A DNA stretch of 63,743 nt from NCBI GenBank assembly GCA_034370405.1, contig JAXMKY010000112.1:1-63743 (forward strand). Reading direction: 5' to 3'. Of the stretch, positions 1 to 9,836 are shown piece after piece. A program made the position numbers and the translations under genes. This DNA is from Bacteroidales bacterium (GTDB lineage: Bacteria; Bacteroidota; Bacteroidia; Bacteroidales; JAAYJT01). The notes beneath the pieces were generated by a model. That model was not told the DNA's origin. It searched no databases and saw nothing but the letters and a program-made list of their open reading frames with translations. Each line of letters opens with the position of its first letter. Within the stretch, counting starts at the first letter, position 1.

Positions 1-939
1 GTTAAAATTGGCCACAAATGGGCTAACATCAGTTTCATATACACCTACAATATAACCATGTACCCATTTGCCAGTACCGGTGTTGTTGGCAATGGCTTTA
101 ACCACATCGAACGGGTCATCAAAAGTGCCAGTGCCGCTGCCAGGTGGAGGTGGATCAACACCAGTGAAACTTTGAACATCTGAAAGATCGCGAATTGTTA
201 GTTGGTAGGTGGTGCCGAATATGCTAAGAATTCCTGTTACATTCCCAAATCCTTTTGGCGTTAATTGACTGGCAAAGTTGGCGTATTTACTAGTTCGCAC
301 GGCGAGTTGGTTGTTGCCGGCATCCAATAGGGTCAGGTTGGTAGCATCGGCTGATTGAGGAGCCCACATCACTGATGATTCGGCAAACCTGACATTCTCA
401 AACTTCACCAGTTTGCTTATCAGCGAAGCGTTCACCAATCCAATGGTAGTCAACGTCTGTGGCTGGGGTGGGGGCCCGGGCAGACTATCGCGAAACAGGT
501 GATTTGGCATAAAAATTTCCGGCAACCGGCCAATAGCCCCGCTAAACAAATAACCGAGCTGTATAAGGTTGCTATAATCACCGATATACATGTTTTTGCA
601 TTTCACAAACACACGTTGCCCCAACTTGTACTCGTTGTAGAGCGAGGTTTTATCCAGGGCTAGCTCAATACCGGCCGTGGCATCCTGGATAATCATCTTT
701 TTGTAGAGATTGCCACTTTCGTCGTTGGCCACCACAATGCCTTTGATGATGATGTCGTCCGTAATTTGCTTTAACCCGGTATAACTTGCTTTGAGTTGAG
801 CAATGGTTGTATTGGATTCAAAATCAACCTTAGGGATAAAGATGGGTGGCTCATCAAAATCACCATTCACACAACTGTTCAAGGTAAGGTTTGCCATTAG
901 CAGGAACATGCCTGCAAAAATTTTCCAACTACTTTTCAT
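1..939 (-). CDS. OB-fold surface lipoprotein, DUF5689-like. The N-terminal 313 codons are present and the C-terminus runs off the left edge.
   Basis: Absent from the ORF track because the frame is open to the window edge. Hand translation from the ATG at 939-937 gives MKSSWKIFAGMFLLMANLTLNSC (signal peptide plus lipobox Cys). It continues IKGIVVANDESGNLYKKMIIQDATAGIELA...GQRVFVKCKNMYIGDYSNLIQLG, an OB-fold module like that of ExeM/NucH-type extracellular nucleases. No stop codon down to nt 1. Confidence 0.6.
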   Translation of the reverse strand, partial: MKSSWKIFAGMFLLMANLTLNSCVNGDFDEPPIFIPKVDFESNTTIAQLKASYTGLKQITDDIIIKGIVVANDESGNLYKKMIIQDATAGIELALDKTSLYNEYKLGQRVFVKCKNMYIGDYSNLIQLGYLFSGAIGRLPEIFMPNHLFRDSLPGPPPQPQTLTTIGLVNASLISKLVKFENVRFAESSVMWAPQSADATNLTLLDAGNNQLAVRTSKYANFASQLTPKGFGNVTGILSIFGTTYQLTIRDLSDVQSFTGVDPPPPGSGTGTFDDPFDVVKAIANNTGTGKWVHGYIVGVYETDVSPFVANFN

Positions 940-976
940 ACTGATATTCATTATGTTGTCTGTTTAATATTTAAAT

Positions 977-3679
977 TTAGTATCTCAAGCCAAGGTTTAA
1001 AAAGTAAGTAGTGCCGTAGTAGTAGAAGTACCGGGGCGGGAATTTGTTAACATTCTTTTCAGCAAAATCGAAGCGCAGTTGCTCGTAGCCTCCGGTAATG
1101 ACTTCCTTGTTATTCAGGATGTTACTTACGCTGAAATTGATGTTCAGGAAGAATTTGTTTTTGATCCGGTATGATTTCCCTATCGAGACATCAACAGTGT
1201 ATCCGTTCGGTAGTTTTTCCTGACGTGTGATGGCACTGATGCGAGGATCGCCTTCGCCAAGATTTTGTATAGCTAATTGGGTGCGGCGTTCAGGGTTGAA
1301 GTCCAACCAGATGTTGTCGTAATAATTTACGTTGGCATTGATATACAAATAGCGTGGTCCTGCATATTTAATTCCCAGCGAACCGGCAGTTTGCGGTGTG
1401 CCTGACACATAGAAATACTTGCTATAGATGAGTTTGGTGGTGTCGGGCTTCGATCCGTTGTCAAATGCCACAATGGCTTCGGGACGATTAGTATAGCGGT
1501 AGTTGCCCAGGTTGAATGCTCCCATCAACGAATAAGGCCCGAAGAGTTTCACTTCAGCGCCCATTTCAATACCTTGGTGGGTCTTGCTGATGCTATACAT
1601 TACATAATTGACCAAGGTGAGGTAGTCGTCGTGGTAGAAGCTGTTTATTTCGTTCAGATCGCTGAACATAGTATGATATGCTGTAATCCGTGCTTTTGCA
1701 TTGGGCATGCGCAAGTGGTAGGTGAGTTCAGTGCTGAACACTTTTTCGCTGGTAATATCCGGAACCACGTCGTGACGTGTGCGAGGCGAGATGAAAGCAT
1801 TGCGCATGTATGGGGCGCGGGTAAGGTAGGCCACATTGCCTTCGAGGAAATGGCGCCCGGTAATTTTATAAACAGCACCGGTTTTAAAGGCGTAATCCAG
1901 AAAGCTATTCTTCTTGGATTCACCCAATGAGTTGTCGGGATGGCGTCCGTTGCGCATGAAACCGTGGCGCCAGAAGGTCGTGGCCGAAAGTTGACCGGCA
2001 AGGTAGAAATCAACCTTACGATACGAAAAATCCGAAAACGCCCAGATGTTGCCACTTTGCTGCCTGAGTTCATAATTGTATCCAAAGATATCGCCCTCAG
2101 TAACGATCCGGTTTGGATTATCCAGGTCGTTTTGCATAAGGGTGGTGTTGCCGGTAAAATCGCGTTCGGCAAACTGGTCAATATCCACCCAGAAAGACCC
2201 GCCCAACAAATCGTTGATAGTCTTGAAATAACTGCCTGTATAGTCCGACAGTTCAATCCCACCACTCACTTTTATATTATCATTCAACTCATGATTGATA
2301 AACGATGAAAAGTTAAGCTGGTTCTGATCATTACGCCGATCTTCGATGATATAGCGTGCCTGCTTACCTTCAGCTTTGGCAAGGTAGTTGGCCTGATAAA
2401 GGGCATCCCAATCAACTTGGCTGACACTGGGGTCGGTTTTCCAGGCGTGGGCTACTGCTGCACGAACCACTGAGTCGGTTGCCCAACTGGGTAGATTGCG
2501 GTAATAGTCGGGGCGGGGGTCCGCTGACTTGTACCAGTTGAAGGCGGTGGTTCCGGTACGTCCAAACAAGTATGAGAATGTGTTGGTGATTTGGGTGCGG
2601 CTGCCCGGGTTCCAATAATGATTGAGAATTATCACAGGCTGATTCATGGTGCGAACCCTGGAATTGCGTTTTTCTCCATTCTGGTACCCCCAATTGGGAC
2701 TGTAGTAATTATCTCCGAGCAAGTCATACACTTCCTGGGTAGCTCCACCCTGCATGCCACGCTCCACAGGAGCAGCAAAAGTTGTAAGAGCCAGTGTGTG
2801 CTTGTCGTTAAATTTACGTTCAAGCCCCAGAAACCACGCCCAGGCATCGTAAAAGGTGCCTTCTACGTAGCCGCCATTGCCCCAGCGTCTTGATCCGCTG
2901 ATAGTTACCGCCCAGTTGTTGGGCATCAGCCCGGTGCTATGGATTATCATGGCACGGTTTCGATAGGTGCGGTTTGTTGAAGAGTAAGTGAGCTTGGTCT
3001 GGATGCGCTGTTGCGAAGCCCTAGTGATGATGTTGGTGACACCGCCAACATTGCCAAACGAAAAGCGGGCAGGCGATAAACCATTCACCGACACGTTGTT
3101 GCGTGTGGCATCATTTAAACCACCCCATAAAGCCCACAATGTGCGGCCGGTTTCGGCATCGCTGATAGGGGTGTTGCCAATATACGTGGTATTGAGGTCG
3201 GCATCATAGCCCCGCATCCTGAAATAAGCAGGGCCAAAAGTGTAGGCAGCCGTGGAAACAAAAACATCATTCGACGAATGCAGTAGTCCCGAGATGTTCT
3301 GGCCCTTGGAGTCGTCGTCTGTGTCGAGCGAGGAAATGCTTACCTCCGACAACCCCCCCGACAGTGCATCAAGGTTTGTGGCGGGATCTAGCTCAATAAC
3401 ACCCAGATCGGTGTTAGATTGAAGGTTAATGGTTAATACATTTCTGCGGAAGCCAGGTGCCGTAAAATCGAGTAATACTTCGCCAGCGTGGAAACCTTGC
3501 AGGCTAAATTCACCATTATCATCAGTTATGGCCTGCATGGTTCCGGTGTTTACAATCACCGCCGGAAGTGGTCTCTGCGCTTCAGCATCCACAACCTTGC
3601 CCGAAATTGAGTAGGGTTGCGCCCAGGATGGTAGAATCGCAAAGCAAAACCATAAAATCATTAGTGGTTTTTTAATCAT
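977..3679 (-). CDS. TonB-dependent receptor with an N-terminal carboxypeptidase-regulatory-like domain
   Basis: Signal peptide MIKKPLMILWFCFAILPSWAQ. Then a CarbopepD_reg-like stretch (ISGKVVDAEAQRPLPAVIVNTG...TDDNGEFSL), a plug and a long beta-barrel ending in a C-terminal aromatic (..LNLGLRY). The ATG at 3679 is preferred over the 957-aa track start at 3850. Confidence 0.85.
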   Translation of the reverse strand: MIKKPLMILWFCFAILPSWAQPYSISGKVVDAEAQRPLPAVIVNTGTMQAITDDNGEFSLQGFHAGEVLLDFTAPGFRRNVLTINLQSNTDLGVIELDPATNLDALSGGLSEVSISSLDTDDDSKGQNISGLLHSSNDVFVSTAAYTFGPAYFRMRGYDADLNTTYIGNTPISDAETGRTLWALWGGLNDATRNNVSVNGLSPARFSFGNVGGVTNIITRASQQRIQTKLTYSSTNRTYRNRAMIIHSTGLMPNNWAVTISGSRRWGNGGYVEGTFYDAWAWFLGLERKFNDKHTLALTTFAAPVERGMQGGATQEVYDLLGDNYYSPNWGYQNGEKRNSRVRTMNQPVIILNHYWNPGSRTQITNTFSYLFGRTGTTAFNWYKSADPRPDYYRNLPSWATDSVVRAAVAHAWKTDPSVSQVDWDALYQANYLAKAEGKQARYIIEDRRNDQNQLNFSSFINHELNDNIKVSGGIELSDYTGSYFKTINDLLGGSFWVDIDQFAERDFTGNTTLMQNDLDNPNRIVTEGDIFGYNYELRQQSGNIWAFSDFSYRKVDFYLAGQLSATTFWRHGFMRNGRHPDNSLGESKKNSFLDYAFKTGAVYKITGRHFLEGNVAYLTRAPYMRNAFISPRTRHDVVPDITSEKVFSTELTYHLRMPNAKARITAYHTMFSDLNEINSFYHDDYLTLVNYVMYSISKTHQGIEMGAEVKLFGPYSLMGAFNLGNYRYTNRPEAIVAFDNGSKPDTTKLIYSKYFYVSGTPQTAGSLGIKYAGPRYLYINANVNYYDNIWLDFNPERRTQLAIQNLGEGDPRISAITRQEKLPNGYTVDVSIGKSYRIKNKFFLNINFSVSNILNNKEVITGGYEQLRFDFAEKNVNKFPPRYFYYYGTTYFLNLGLRY

Positions 3680-3864
3680 GTTTGCATCGGTTAAAGGTTT
3701 TATTAATAATATCCGGAAATTTTCAGCCCTATTCATACCTGTGGAAGGAAACCAAGATACAAAAGAAGTAAATAGTTCTGATATCCAGGCATCCGACCTC
3801 AGGATAATTGCTTGTTGCAACTGAAAATACCAAGGTAAACAGGTTCTCATAAACAGATTAACTA

Positions 3865-3872
3865 TATCTTTG
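3865..3872 (+). promoter_or_regulatory. Bacteroidota -7 promoter box (TATCTTTG = TAnnTTTG)
   Basis: Exact TAnnTTTG match about 70 nt upstream of the ATG at 3944. Confidence 0.4.
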
Positions 3873-3943
3873 CCCGTATCAAGTTGTTATTACCACTGAC
3901 GTTCACATCAAAAAAACTAATCCAGTTACAGATATTGCGCATT

Positions 3944-4990
3944 ATGAAAAAATTCGAATTTCCAATTCTCCGGTACGGCTTACTGTTGTTGGCTTTGATT
4001 TTAATTGTTACAATGTCTTTTGCCCAGGAAAAAAAAGCCAGGGTAGCCTGTATTGCTTTTTATAATGTTGAGAATCTGTTTGATACGATTAATTCGCCCG
4101 GGATAAACGATCTTGAATTTACTCCATTTGGTTCGAACCGGTGGAACACTGAAAAATATCAAAACAAGCTCGCCAAGCTGTCGCAAGTGATCTCATGCGT
4201 TGGCAATGATTTGGTGAAGGGTGGCCCCGATCTGATTGGCCTTAGTGAAACCGAAAACCGCTCTGTACTCGAGGATCTTATAAACACACCCGCCTTGAGG
4301 GGTAGCAGTTATGGCATTGTACATTATGATTCGCCCGACCGCCGTGGTGTGGACGTAGCCCTATTGTATAAGAAATCTGTTTTCCAGGTTACAAACAGTA
4401 CTACCAACCTGTTGACCATGCCTGGGCAAACTGATTTTTACTCTCGCGATCAGTTAGTGGTTTCGGGCTTACTCGATGGTGAGTTGATACATGTTATTGT
4501 AAACCACTGGCCATCGCGTGCCAACGGCCCCGAATACCGCGCCGAAGCTGCCAAGCTCAGCCGTCGCCTGTACGATTCACTGATGCAAACTCATAAAAAT
4601 GCCAAAATTTTCATTATTGGCGACCTCAACGATGATCCTGTTGATAAAAGTGTTGCCAAAGTGCTGGGAGCAAAATTCCGCCTCAAAAAAGTCGGCAAAG
4701 GAGATATTTTCAACCCCTTCTGGCAAATGCACCGCGATGGTATAGGCTCCCTGGCTTACCGCGATGCCTGGAATCTGTTCGACCAGATCATTATTTCCGA
4801 ACCGGTGCTTAATGCCCCGGCTGATAAATGGAAGTTCCTCAAGGCCAGGGTTTATAACCCTCGTACTTTGTTACAGAAAGAAGGAGCCTATGCAGGATAT
4901 CCTTGGCGAACTTTTGCCGGAGGAGCTTACAGCGGTGGCTATAGCGACCATTTGCCCGTATATGTTCTCCTGGTAAAAGAAGCTAAATAA
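3944..4990 (+). CDS. Secreted endonuclease/exonuclease/phosphatase (EEP) family protein
   Basis: Signal peptide MKKFEFPILRYGLLLLALILIVTMSFAQ. EEP-like motifs: AFYNVENLFD, GLSETEN, VNHWPSR, IIGDLNDDP, SDHLPVY. Confidence 0.8.
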   Translation: MKKFEFPILRYGLLLLALILIVTMSFAQEKKARVACIAFYNVENLFDTINSPGINDLEFTPFGSNRWNTEKYQNKLAKLSQVISCVGNDLVKGGPDLIGLSETENRSVLEDLINTPALRGSSYGIVHYDSPDRRGVDVALLYKKSVFQVTNSTTNLLTMPGQTDFYSRDQLVVSGLLDGELIHVIVNHWPSRANGPEYRAEAAKLSRRLYDSLMQTHKNAKIFIIGDLNDDPVDKSVAKVLGAKFRLKKVGKGDIFNPFWQMHRDGIGSLAYRDAWNLFDQIIISEPVLNAPADKWKFLKARVYNPRTLLQKEGAYAGYPWRTFAGGAYSGGYSDHLPVYVLLVKEAK

Positions 4991-5103
4991 TGCGCGAGGC
5001 CCTTGTATCACCTACTCACAATTTCATTTTTTCTTTTACGCAAAATTTTTACTTGTTATTTTTAAGTCTTTGATTAATTTCGTGGTCTCTAAAAACTTTT
5101 CCG

Positions 5104-5856
5104 GTGGCTGATAGTCTTGTTATCATACCAACCTACAACGAAAAAGAGAATATAGAGAAAATCATCCGTAAGGTTTTTTCGCTTCCGCATGATTTTCATA
5201 TTCTTGTGATCGAGGATAATTCGCCCGATGGCACTGCTGCCATTGTAAAATCGCTATTACCGCAATTCCCCGACAAGCTGTTTATCGTAGAACGCACAGG
5301 AAAACTCGGACTGGGCACTGCCTACATACACGGATTCAAATGGGCGCTGCAACGCCATTATCAGTATGTTTTCGAAATGGATGCCGATTTCTCTCACAAC
5401 CCCGACGACCTGCTGCGCCTCCATAATGCCTGTGCCAAGCAGGGGGCCGACCTATCCATCGGATCGCGCTACATCAAAGGAGTGAATGTTGTGAACTGGC
5501 CTATGAGCCGAGTGCTTACCAGTTATTATGCATCCATGTATGTACGAACCATCACGGGTATGAAGATAATGGATACCACCGCCGGGTTTAAATGTTATAC
5601 ACGCCAGGTGCTGCAAGCTATTAATTTAAACAGCATCCAGTTCATCGGTTATGCTTTCCAGATTGAGATGAAATTTACCGCCTGGAAACTTGGGTTCAAC
5701 ATCGTTGAGGTTCCTATCGTCTTTACTGACCGTACCGAAGGTCAATCAAAAATGACCAAAGGAATCATCAAAGAAGCGGTCATAGGCGTGATCAGACTTA
5801 AATTCAACAGCTTCTTCCGAACCTATAAAAGACTCACTCCCGCAGAAGCAAAATAA
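5104..5856 (+). CDS. Polyprenol-phosphate mannosyltransferase-like GT2 glycosyltransferase (Dpm1-like)
   Basis: LVIIPTYNEKENI, VIEDNSPDGT and EMDADFSH (DxD region) are typical of GT2 dolichyl/polyprenyl-phosphate mannose synthases. GTG start. Confidence 0.8.
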   Translation: MADSLVIIPTYNEKENIEKIIRKVFSLPHDFHILVIEDNSPDGTAAIVKSLLPQFPDKLFIVERTGKLGLGTAYIHGFKWALQRHYQYVFEMDADFSHNPDDLLRLHNACAKQGADLSIGSRYIKGVNVVNWPMSRVLTSYYASMYVRTITGMKIMDTTAGFKCYTRQVLQAINLNSIQFIGYAFQIEMKFTAWKLGFNIVEVPIVFTDRTEGQSKMTKGIIKEAVIGVIRLKFNSFFRTYKRLTPAEAK

Positions 5857-5881
5857 TCATCCGGGTTTTAAGAAATCCACC

Positions 5882-7231
5882 ATGTATAATTCCTTTATCA
5901 TCCGCAACGCCCTGATCGTGAATGAGGGCAAATTGTTCATGGGCAGCGTTACTGTAATGAACGGCATGATTGCTGGCATTCAAAAAGGCATTACACTCTT
6001 AAAAAACATCACTCCAGGCCTGCAGATCATTGATGCAGGAGGTAAGTTGCTTATACCGGGCGTAATAGACGATCAGGTTCATTTTCGTGAACCCGGCCTC
6101 ACCCATAAAGGAGATATTGGCAGCGAGAGCCTTGCCGCAGTAGCCGGAGGTATTACCTCGTTCATGGAAATGCCCAACACCAATCCGCTAGCACTCACAC
6201 AGGACCTGCTCGAAGAAAAATATACGATTGCATCAATAAAATCGCCTGCCAACTATTCGTTCTATATGGGAACTGCGAACGATAATTCAGACGAGGTGTT
6301 GAGAACAGATCCTAAAACAGTATGTGGTGTTAAGATTTTCATGGGCGCCTCTACAGGTAATATGCTGGTGGATAATCTAAATACCCTGCGAGAGATTTTC
6401 TCGAGATGCAAGTTGCTAATAGCCACCCATTGCGAGGATGAAGTAACTATTCGCATAAATACAGCAGCATATCGCGAAAAATACGGTGAACAAGTCCCCA
6501 TTTCAATGCATCCTCTTATTCGTAGCCGCGAAGCATGTTACAAATCAACGCAATTAGCTGTAAACCTTGCCCGCCAATACGGCACTCGCCTGCATGTGTT
6601 GCACTTATCTACTGCCGACGAGATGGAATTTTTCGATAATAGCAAACCCTTGGCCGAAAAGATGATCACCGCAGAAGTATGTGTGCACCACCTCTGGTTT
6701 GACGAAAAAGACTATTCCACCTTGGGAAACAAAATTAAATGGAATCCTGCTATAAAATCCGCCACCGACCGCCAGGCACTTTTCCAGGCTTTGCTCGACA
6801 ATCGCCTCGACGTAGTGGCTACCGACCATGCACCCCACACCCTCGAAGAAAAAAACAATACCTATTTCAAATCACCTTCAGGTGGCCCACTGGTTCAACA
6901 TGCACTGCCCGCTATGCTTGAGTTTTTTCACCAGGGCAAGATAAACCTTGAAAAGATTGTAGAAAAAATGTGCCATGCTCCTGCCATCTGTTTCAGGGTG
7001 AAAAACAGAGGCTTCATCCGCCCGGGTTATTTTGCCGATTTGGTACTCGTTGATCTGAACAGTCCACAAATGGTTCAGAAAGAGAATCTCCTTTATAAAT
7101 GTGGCTGGTCGCCATTCGAAGGTCAGATTTTTCATTCGCGCATTACTCATACATTTGTAAACGGTAACTTAGTTTACGAAAACGGTAACTTCTTCGAGAA
7201 CAAGGGTATGCGCCTTGAATTCGACAGATAA
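5882..7231 (+). CDS. pyrC: Dihydroorotase (long amidohydrolase type)
   Basis: GVIDDQVHFREPG metal-binding motif, ATHCEDE, HVLHLST and VATDHAPH, in a 449-aa amidohydrolase. Confidence 0.85.
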   Translation: MYNSFIIRNALIVNEGKLFMGSVTVMNGMIAGIQKGITLLKNITPGLQIIDAGGKLLIPGVIDDQVHFREPGLTHKGDIGSESLAAVAGGITSFMEMPNTNPLALTQDLLEEKYTIASIKSPANYSFYMGTANDNSDEVLRTDPKTVCGVKIFMGASTGNMLVDNLNTLREIFSRCKLLIATHCEDEVTIRINTAAYREKYGEQVPISMHPLIRSREACYKSTQLAVNLARQYGTRLHVLHLSTADEMEFFDNSKPLAEKMITAEVCVHHLWFDEKDYSTLGNKIKWNPAIKSATDRQALFQALLDNRLDVVATDHAPHTLEEKNNTYFKSPSGGPLVQHALPAMLEFFHQGKINLEKIVEKMCHAPAICFRVKNRGFIRPGYFADLVLVDLNSPQMVQKENLLYKCGWSPFEGQIFHSRITHTFVNGNLVYENGNFFENKGMRLEFDR

Positions 7232-7268
7232 GGTCTTTAAACATTCTTTATGACCTCAAAAAAGCATC

Positions 7269-7703
7269 ATGACCATGAAAAATAAGTTGTTACTCCTTGT
7301 CTCACTATTTGCCCTCACTACTTCGTGTTCGCATGAACTCGAAAAAGTGATCGTTGAAACCTATCCTGGCGGCAGCCCTGAGCTTGAACAATATTTTATG
7401 GTAAAAGGGGAAACCCGCACCCTGGTGAAAGAAATCGGGTATTATCCTGAAGGGCAAAAACGGATTGAAGGCAACTATCTTCAGGATAAGCGCACCGGAC
7501 GCTGGACTTATTGGTACGAAAACGGGAACAAATGGAGCGAGGCTGAATATGTAGCTGAGATACGCCATGGCAAAAGCATCGTGTGGCACGAAAACGGGAA
7601 AAAGTATTACGAAGGCAATTATATGAATGGCGAAAGAGCCGGTGAATGGCAGTTTTGGGATGAAGAAGGCAACCTGACCAAGGAAATTGATTATAACGAA
7701 TAA
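7269..7703 (+). CDS. MORN-repeat-variant lipoprotein (YwqK-like family)
   Basis: Lipoprotein signal LFALTTSC. Repeated G.W..W.ENG.K..E..Y units (GRWTYWYENGNKWSEAEY, GKSIVWHENGKKYYEGNY, GEWQFWDEEGN). Confidence 0.7.
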   Translation: MTMKNKLLLLVSLFALTTSCSHELEKVIVETYPGGSPELEQYFMVKGETRTLVKEIGYYPEGQKRIEGNYLQDKRTGRWTYWYENGNKWSEAEYVAEIRHGKSIVWHENGKKYYEGNYMNGERAGEWQFWDEEGNLTKEIDYNE

Positions 7704-7719
7704 GCCTTTACTAAATTCT

Positions 7720-8913
7720 ATGCAAACCCAATCAAACCATTATCCCCGCGTTATACTGAAAAAGAACCGCGAAGCCTCCATACAGCGGTTCCATCCCTGG
7801 GTTTTTTCGGGAGCTATTTATTCGTTCTCGCGCGAAATCAATGTCGGCGAAGTGGTTGAAATATTTTCATCATCAGACGACTACCTTGCAACAGGCCATT
7901 TCGAAGGAGGCAGTATCGCTGTTAAAATCCTCACTTTCGACCGCCAAGCCATTGATGTTGAATTCTGGACAAGCAAACTTCAGACTGCGCTCAAGCTCCG
8001 TCAGTTGTTGGGGTTGGCACATCACCCTTACACTAACGCCTATCGCCTGGTTTTTACCGAAGGCGACGGTCTGCCCGGGTTGATCATTGATTATTACAAT
8101 GGCGTGGCTGTGATCCAAGCACAATCGGCAGGTATGTTCAAAGCAAGAACTGAGATCACTAAAGCACTGCAGACGCTTTACAAAAAGAACCTGAAAGCAG
8201 TTTACGACAAAAGCCCGGCTACAATGTTTGGCGATCAGGAGCCAGTTCGAACTTTGTTTGGAACGTTTCCACCCTCAATCGAAATAATAGAAAATGGTCA
8301 CCGTTTTGTGGTTGATGTTGAAAAAGGCCAGAAAACGGGGTTCTACCTCGACCAGCGCGATAATCGCCAACTGCTTGCCGGATATTCCCTCAACCGAAAT
8401 GTATTGAACCTGTTTTCCTATACCGGTGGATTCAGTGTGTATGCAGTGGCAGCTGGCGCAAAAAGTGTGGTCTCTGTTGACAGTTCAGCTACAGCCATTG
8501 CCGGAGCTAACCAAAATATCCTGCTCAATAATCCAGACTCTTCAAAACATCATGGAGTGATGGCAGATGTGAAGGAATACGTCGTCAGTATGGATGATGG
8601 TTATGACCTTGTGATCCTTGACCCGCCCGCATTTGCCAAACACCAGGACTCGCGCCACAAAGCCATGCTGGGCTATCGTTACCTGAACGAAACAGTGTTG
8701 AAAAAAATGCCGGCAGGTGGAATTCTGTTCACTTTTTCATGCTCACAGGTTGTCGGGCAGGAATTATTTCAATCCACCGTAACGGCGGCAGCCATTGCCG
8801 CCGGCCGCCAGGTAAAAATCATCCACAAACTCACCCACCCCGCCGATCATCCGGTAAGCATCTTCCATCCCGAAGGGGAATATTTGAAGGGATTGGTGCT
8901 GTATGTTGAATAG
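7720..8913 (+). CDS. Class I SAM-dependent rRNA methyltransferase, RlmI-like (PUA-like N-terminus plus methyltransferase domain)
   Basis: RVILKKNREASIQRFHPWVFSGAI (RlmI-type N-terminus), GLIIDYY, QKTGFYLDQR, VLNLFSYTGGFSVYA and LDPPAF. The ATG at 7720 lies just after the upstream stop at 7701-7703. Confidence 0.8.
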   Translation: MQTQSNHYPRVILKKNREASIQRFHPWVFSGAIYSFSREINVGEVVEIFSSSDDYLATGHFEGGSIAVKILTFDRQAIDVEFWTSKLQTALKLRQLLGLAHHPYTNAYRLVFTEGDGLPGLIIDYYNGVAVIQAQSAGMFKARTEITKALQTLYKKNLKAVYDKSPATMFGDQEPVRTLFGTFPPSIEIIENGHRFVVDVEKGQKTGFYLDQRDNRQLLAGYSLNRNVLNLFSYTGGFSVYAVAAGAKSVVSVDSSATAIAGANQNILLNNPDSSKHHGVMADVKEYVVSMDDGYDLVILDPPAFAKHQDSRHKAMLGYRYLNETVLKKMPAGGILFTFSCSQVVGQELFQSTVTAAAIAAGRQVKIIHKLTHPADHPVSIFHPEGEYLKGLVLYVE

Positions 8914-8965
8914 AAGGCTATTGTCGCTCTGTCTGAATGTGTTTATTATATGAGTTGAAAAACGC

Positions 8966-9682
8966 TTAATACTCACTATCAGTAACAGCACCTGTGATTA
9001 TAGCTACACTGGCTCCGGCGCCAATTCGGGTGGCTCCGGCACGGATAAGCGCTACGGCTGAATTAAAATCTTTGATTCCGCCACTTGCTTTTACACCCAT
9101 CTTAGGACCAACAACCCGGCGCATAAGCTCAATATCGGCAACTGTTGCGCCACCGCCACCAAAACCGGTACTGGTTTTCACAAAATCCACCTCAACTTTT
9201 TTGCAATTTTCACAGGCAATAACTTTTTCCTGTTCATTCAACATCGAAGTTTCGAGAATTACTTTTAATACTGTTGTGCTTTTGCATGCCCTTTTAACAG
9301 CCCTGATGTCGTCTTCAACATGTTTAAAATCACCCGATCTCAGCGCTCCAATATTCATCACCATATCAATTTCATGCGCACCATTGCTTATGGCATTCCT
9401 GGCTTCGAAGGCCTTGCTTCGGGAATCCATTGCGCCTAAAGGAAATCCAACTACGCAACAAACTTTTACGCTTGTACCATGCAAAATTTTTGCAACATAA
9501 GATACCCAACCCGAATTTACGCAAACTGAATAGAAATTATATTTCAATGCTTCGTTGCAAAGCTGGTCGAATTGAGCCGCAACTGCTTCGGGTTTAAGTA
9601 ATGTATGATCAATATACCTTGCTAACTCCTGGGGGGTCATTTCAGGGTTTTGTTGTCCTGAACCTGCTTCATTGTGATCCAT
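8966..9682 (-). CDS. deoC: Deoxyribose-phosphate aldolase
   Basis: [39 protein letters not shown] (Schiff-base Lys region) and VKASGGI. Confidence 0.9.
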   Translation of the reverse strand: MDHNEAGSGQQNPEMTPQELARYIDHTLLKPEAVAAQFDQLCNEALKYNFYSVCVNSGWVSYVAKILHGTSVKVCCVVGFPLGAMDSRSKAFEARNAISNGAHEIDMVMNIGALRSGDFKHVEDDIRAVKRACKSTTVLKVILETSMLNEQEKVIACENCKKVEVDFVKTSTGFGGGGATVADIELMRRVVGPKMGVKASGGIKDFNSAVALIRAGATRIGAGASVAIITGAVTDSEY

Positions 9683-9738
9683 ATATATTTTCTGTTTTAT
9701 ATAGCTTTTCGACTCCCTGAACTCATCGTTAAAATTGC

Positions 9739-9782
9739 CACAGATTCGCAGATTAGTCCATACATTAATCTGTTAATCTGTG
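9739..9782 (-). terminator. Long imperfect hairpin downstream of the S4-domain gene; probable intrinsic terminator
   Basis: The arms CACAGATTCGCAGATTA (9739-9755) and TAATCTGTTAATCTGTG (9766-9782) pair as 8+7 bp around a 2-nt bulge. On the minus strand a short T-containing stretch follows. Confidence 0.45.
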
Positions 9783-9836
9783 CCGTTTTATTCTTATCGC
9801 TGTGTAATTCTTTTCTTTCGATCGCCTTCATTTTGT

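Noticed and set aside
3353-3359. G7/C7 homopolymers inside coding regions (TBDR at 3353-3359; pfk near 52538-52544; comM near 61748-61754) as phase-variation switches
   Set aside because: Seven-nucleotide runs that encode Gly-Gly or Pro-Pro are common and below the length usually associated with slipped-strand switching. Only the C8-A6 junction tract is reported as a finding.
1574-3614. Multiple 60-200-aa ORFs in other frames inside the TonB-dependent receptor gene
   Set aside because: They are nested within a 900-aa gene with coherent TBDR architecture, and none has its own motifs.
3680-3850. 57-codon N-terminal extension of the TBDR ORF (track start at 3850)
   Set aside because: The extension precedes a canonical signal peptide that begins at the ATG at 3679, and a signal peptide must be N-terminal. 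For the same reason I trimmed the starts of the EEP, der, recQ, queA, SQR-like, korA, korB, ferredoxin and OmpH genes.
7269-7703. Toxin-antitoxin interpretation of the YwqK-like MORN-repeat gene
   Set aside because: The family name is historical. This copy is a lipoprotein with a signal peptide and has no adjacent toxin-like partner. The next gene is an rRNA methyltransferase.
8994-9500. 168-aa plus-strand ORF
   Set aside because: It is antisense to deoC. Its Ala/Pro/Thr/Ser-rich translation is characteristic of the reverse frame of a real gene.
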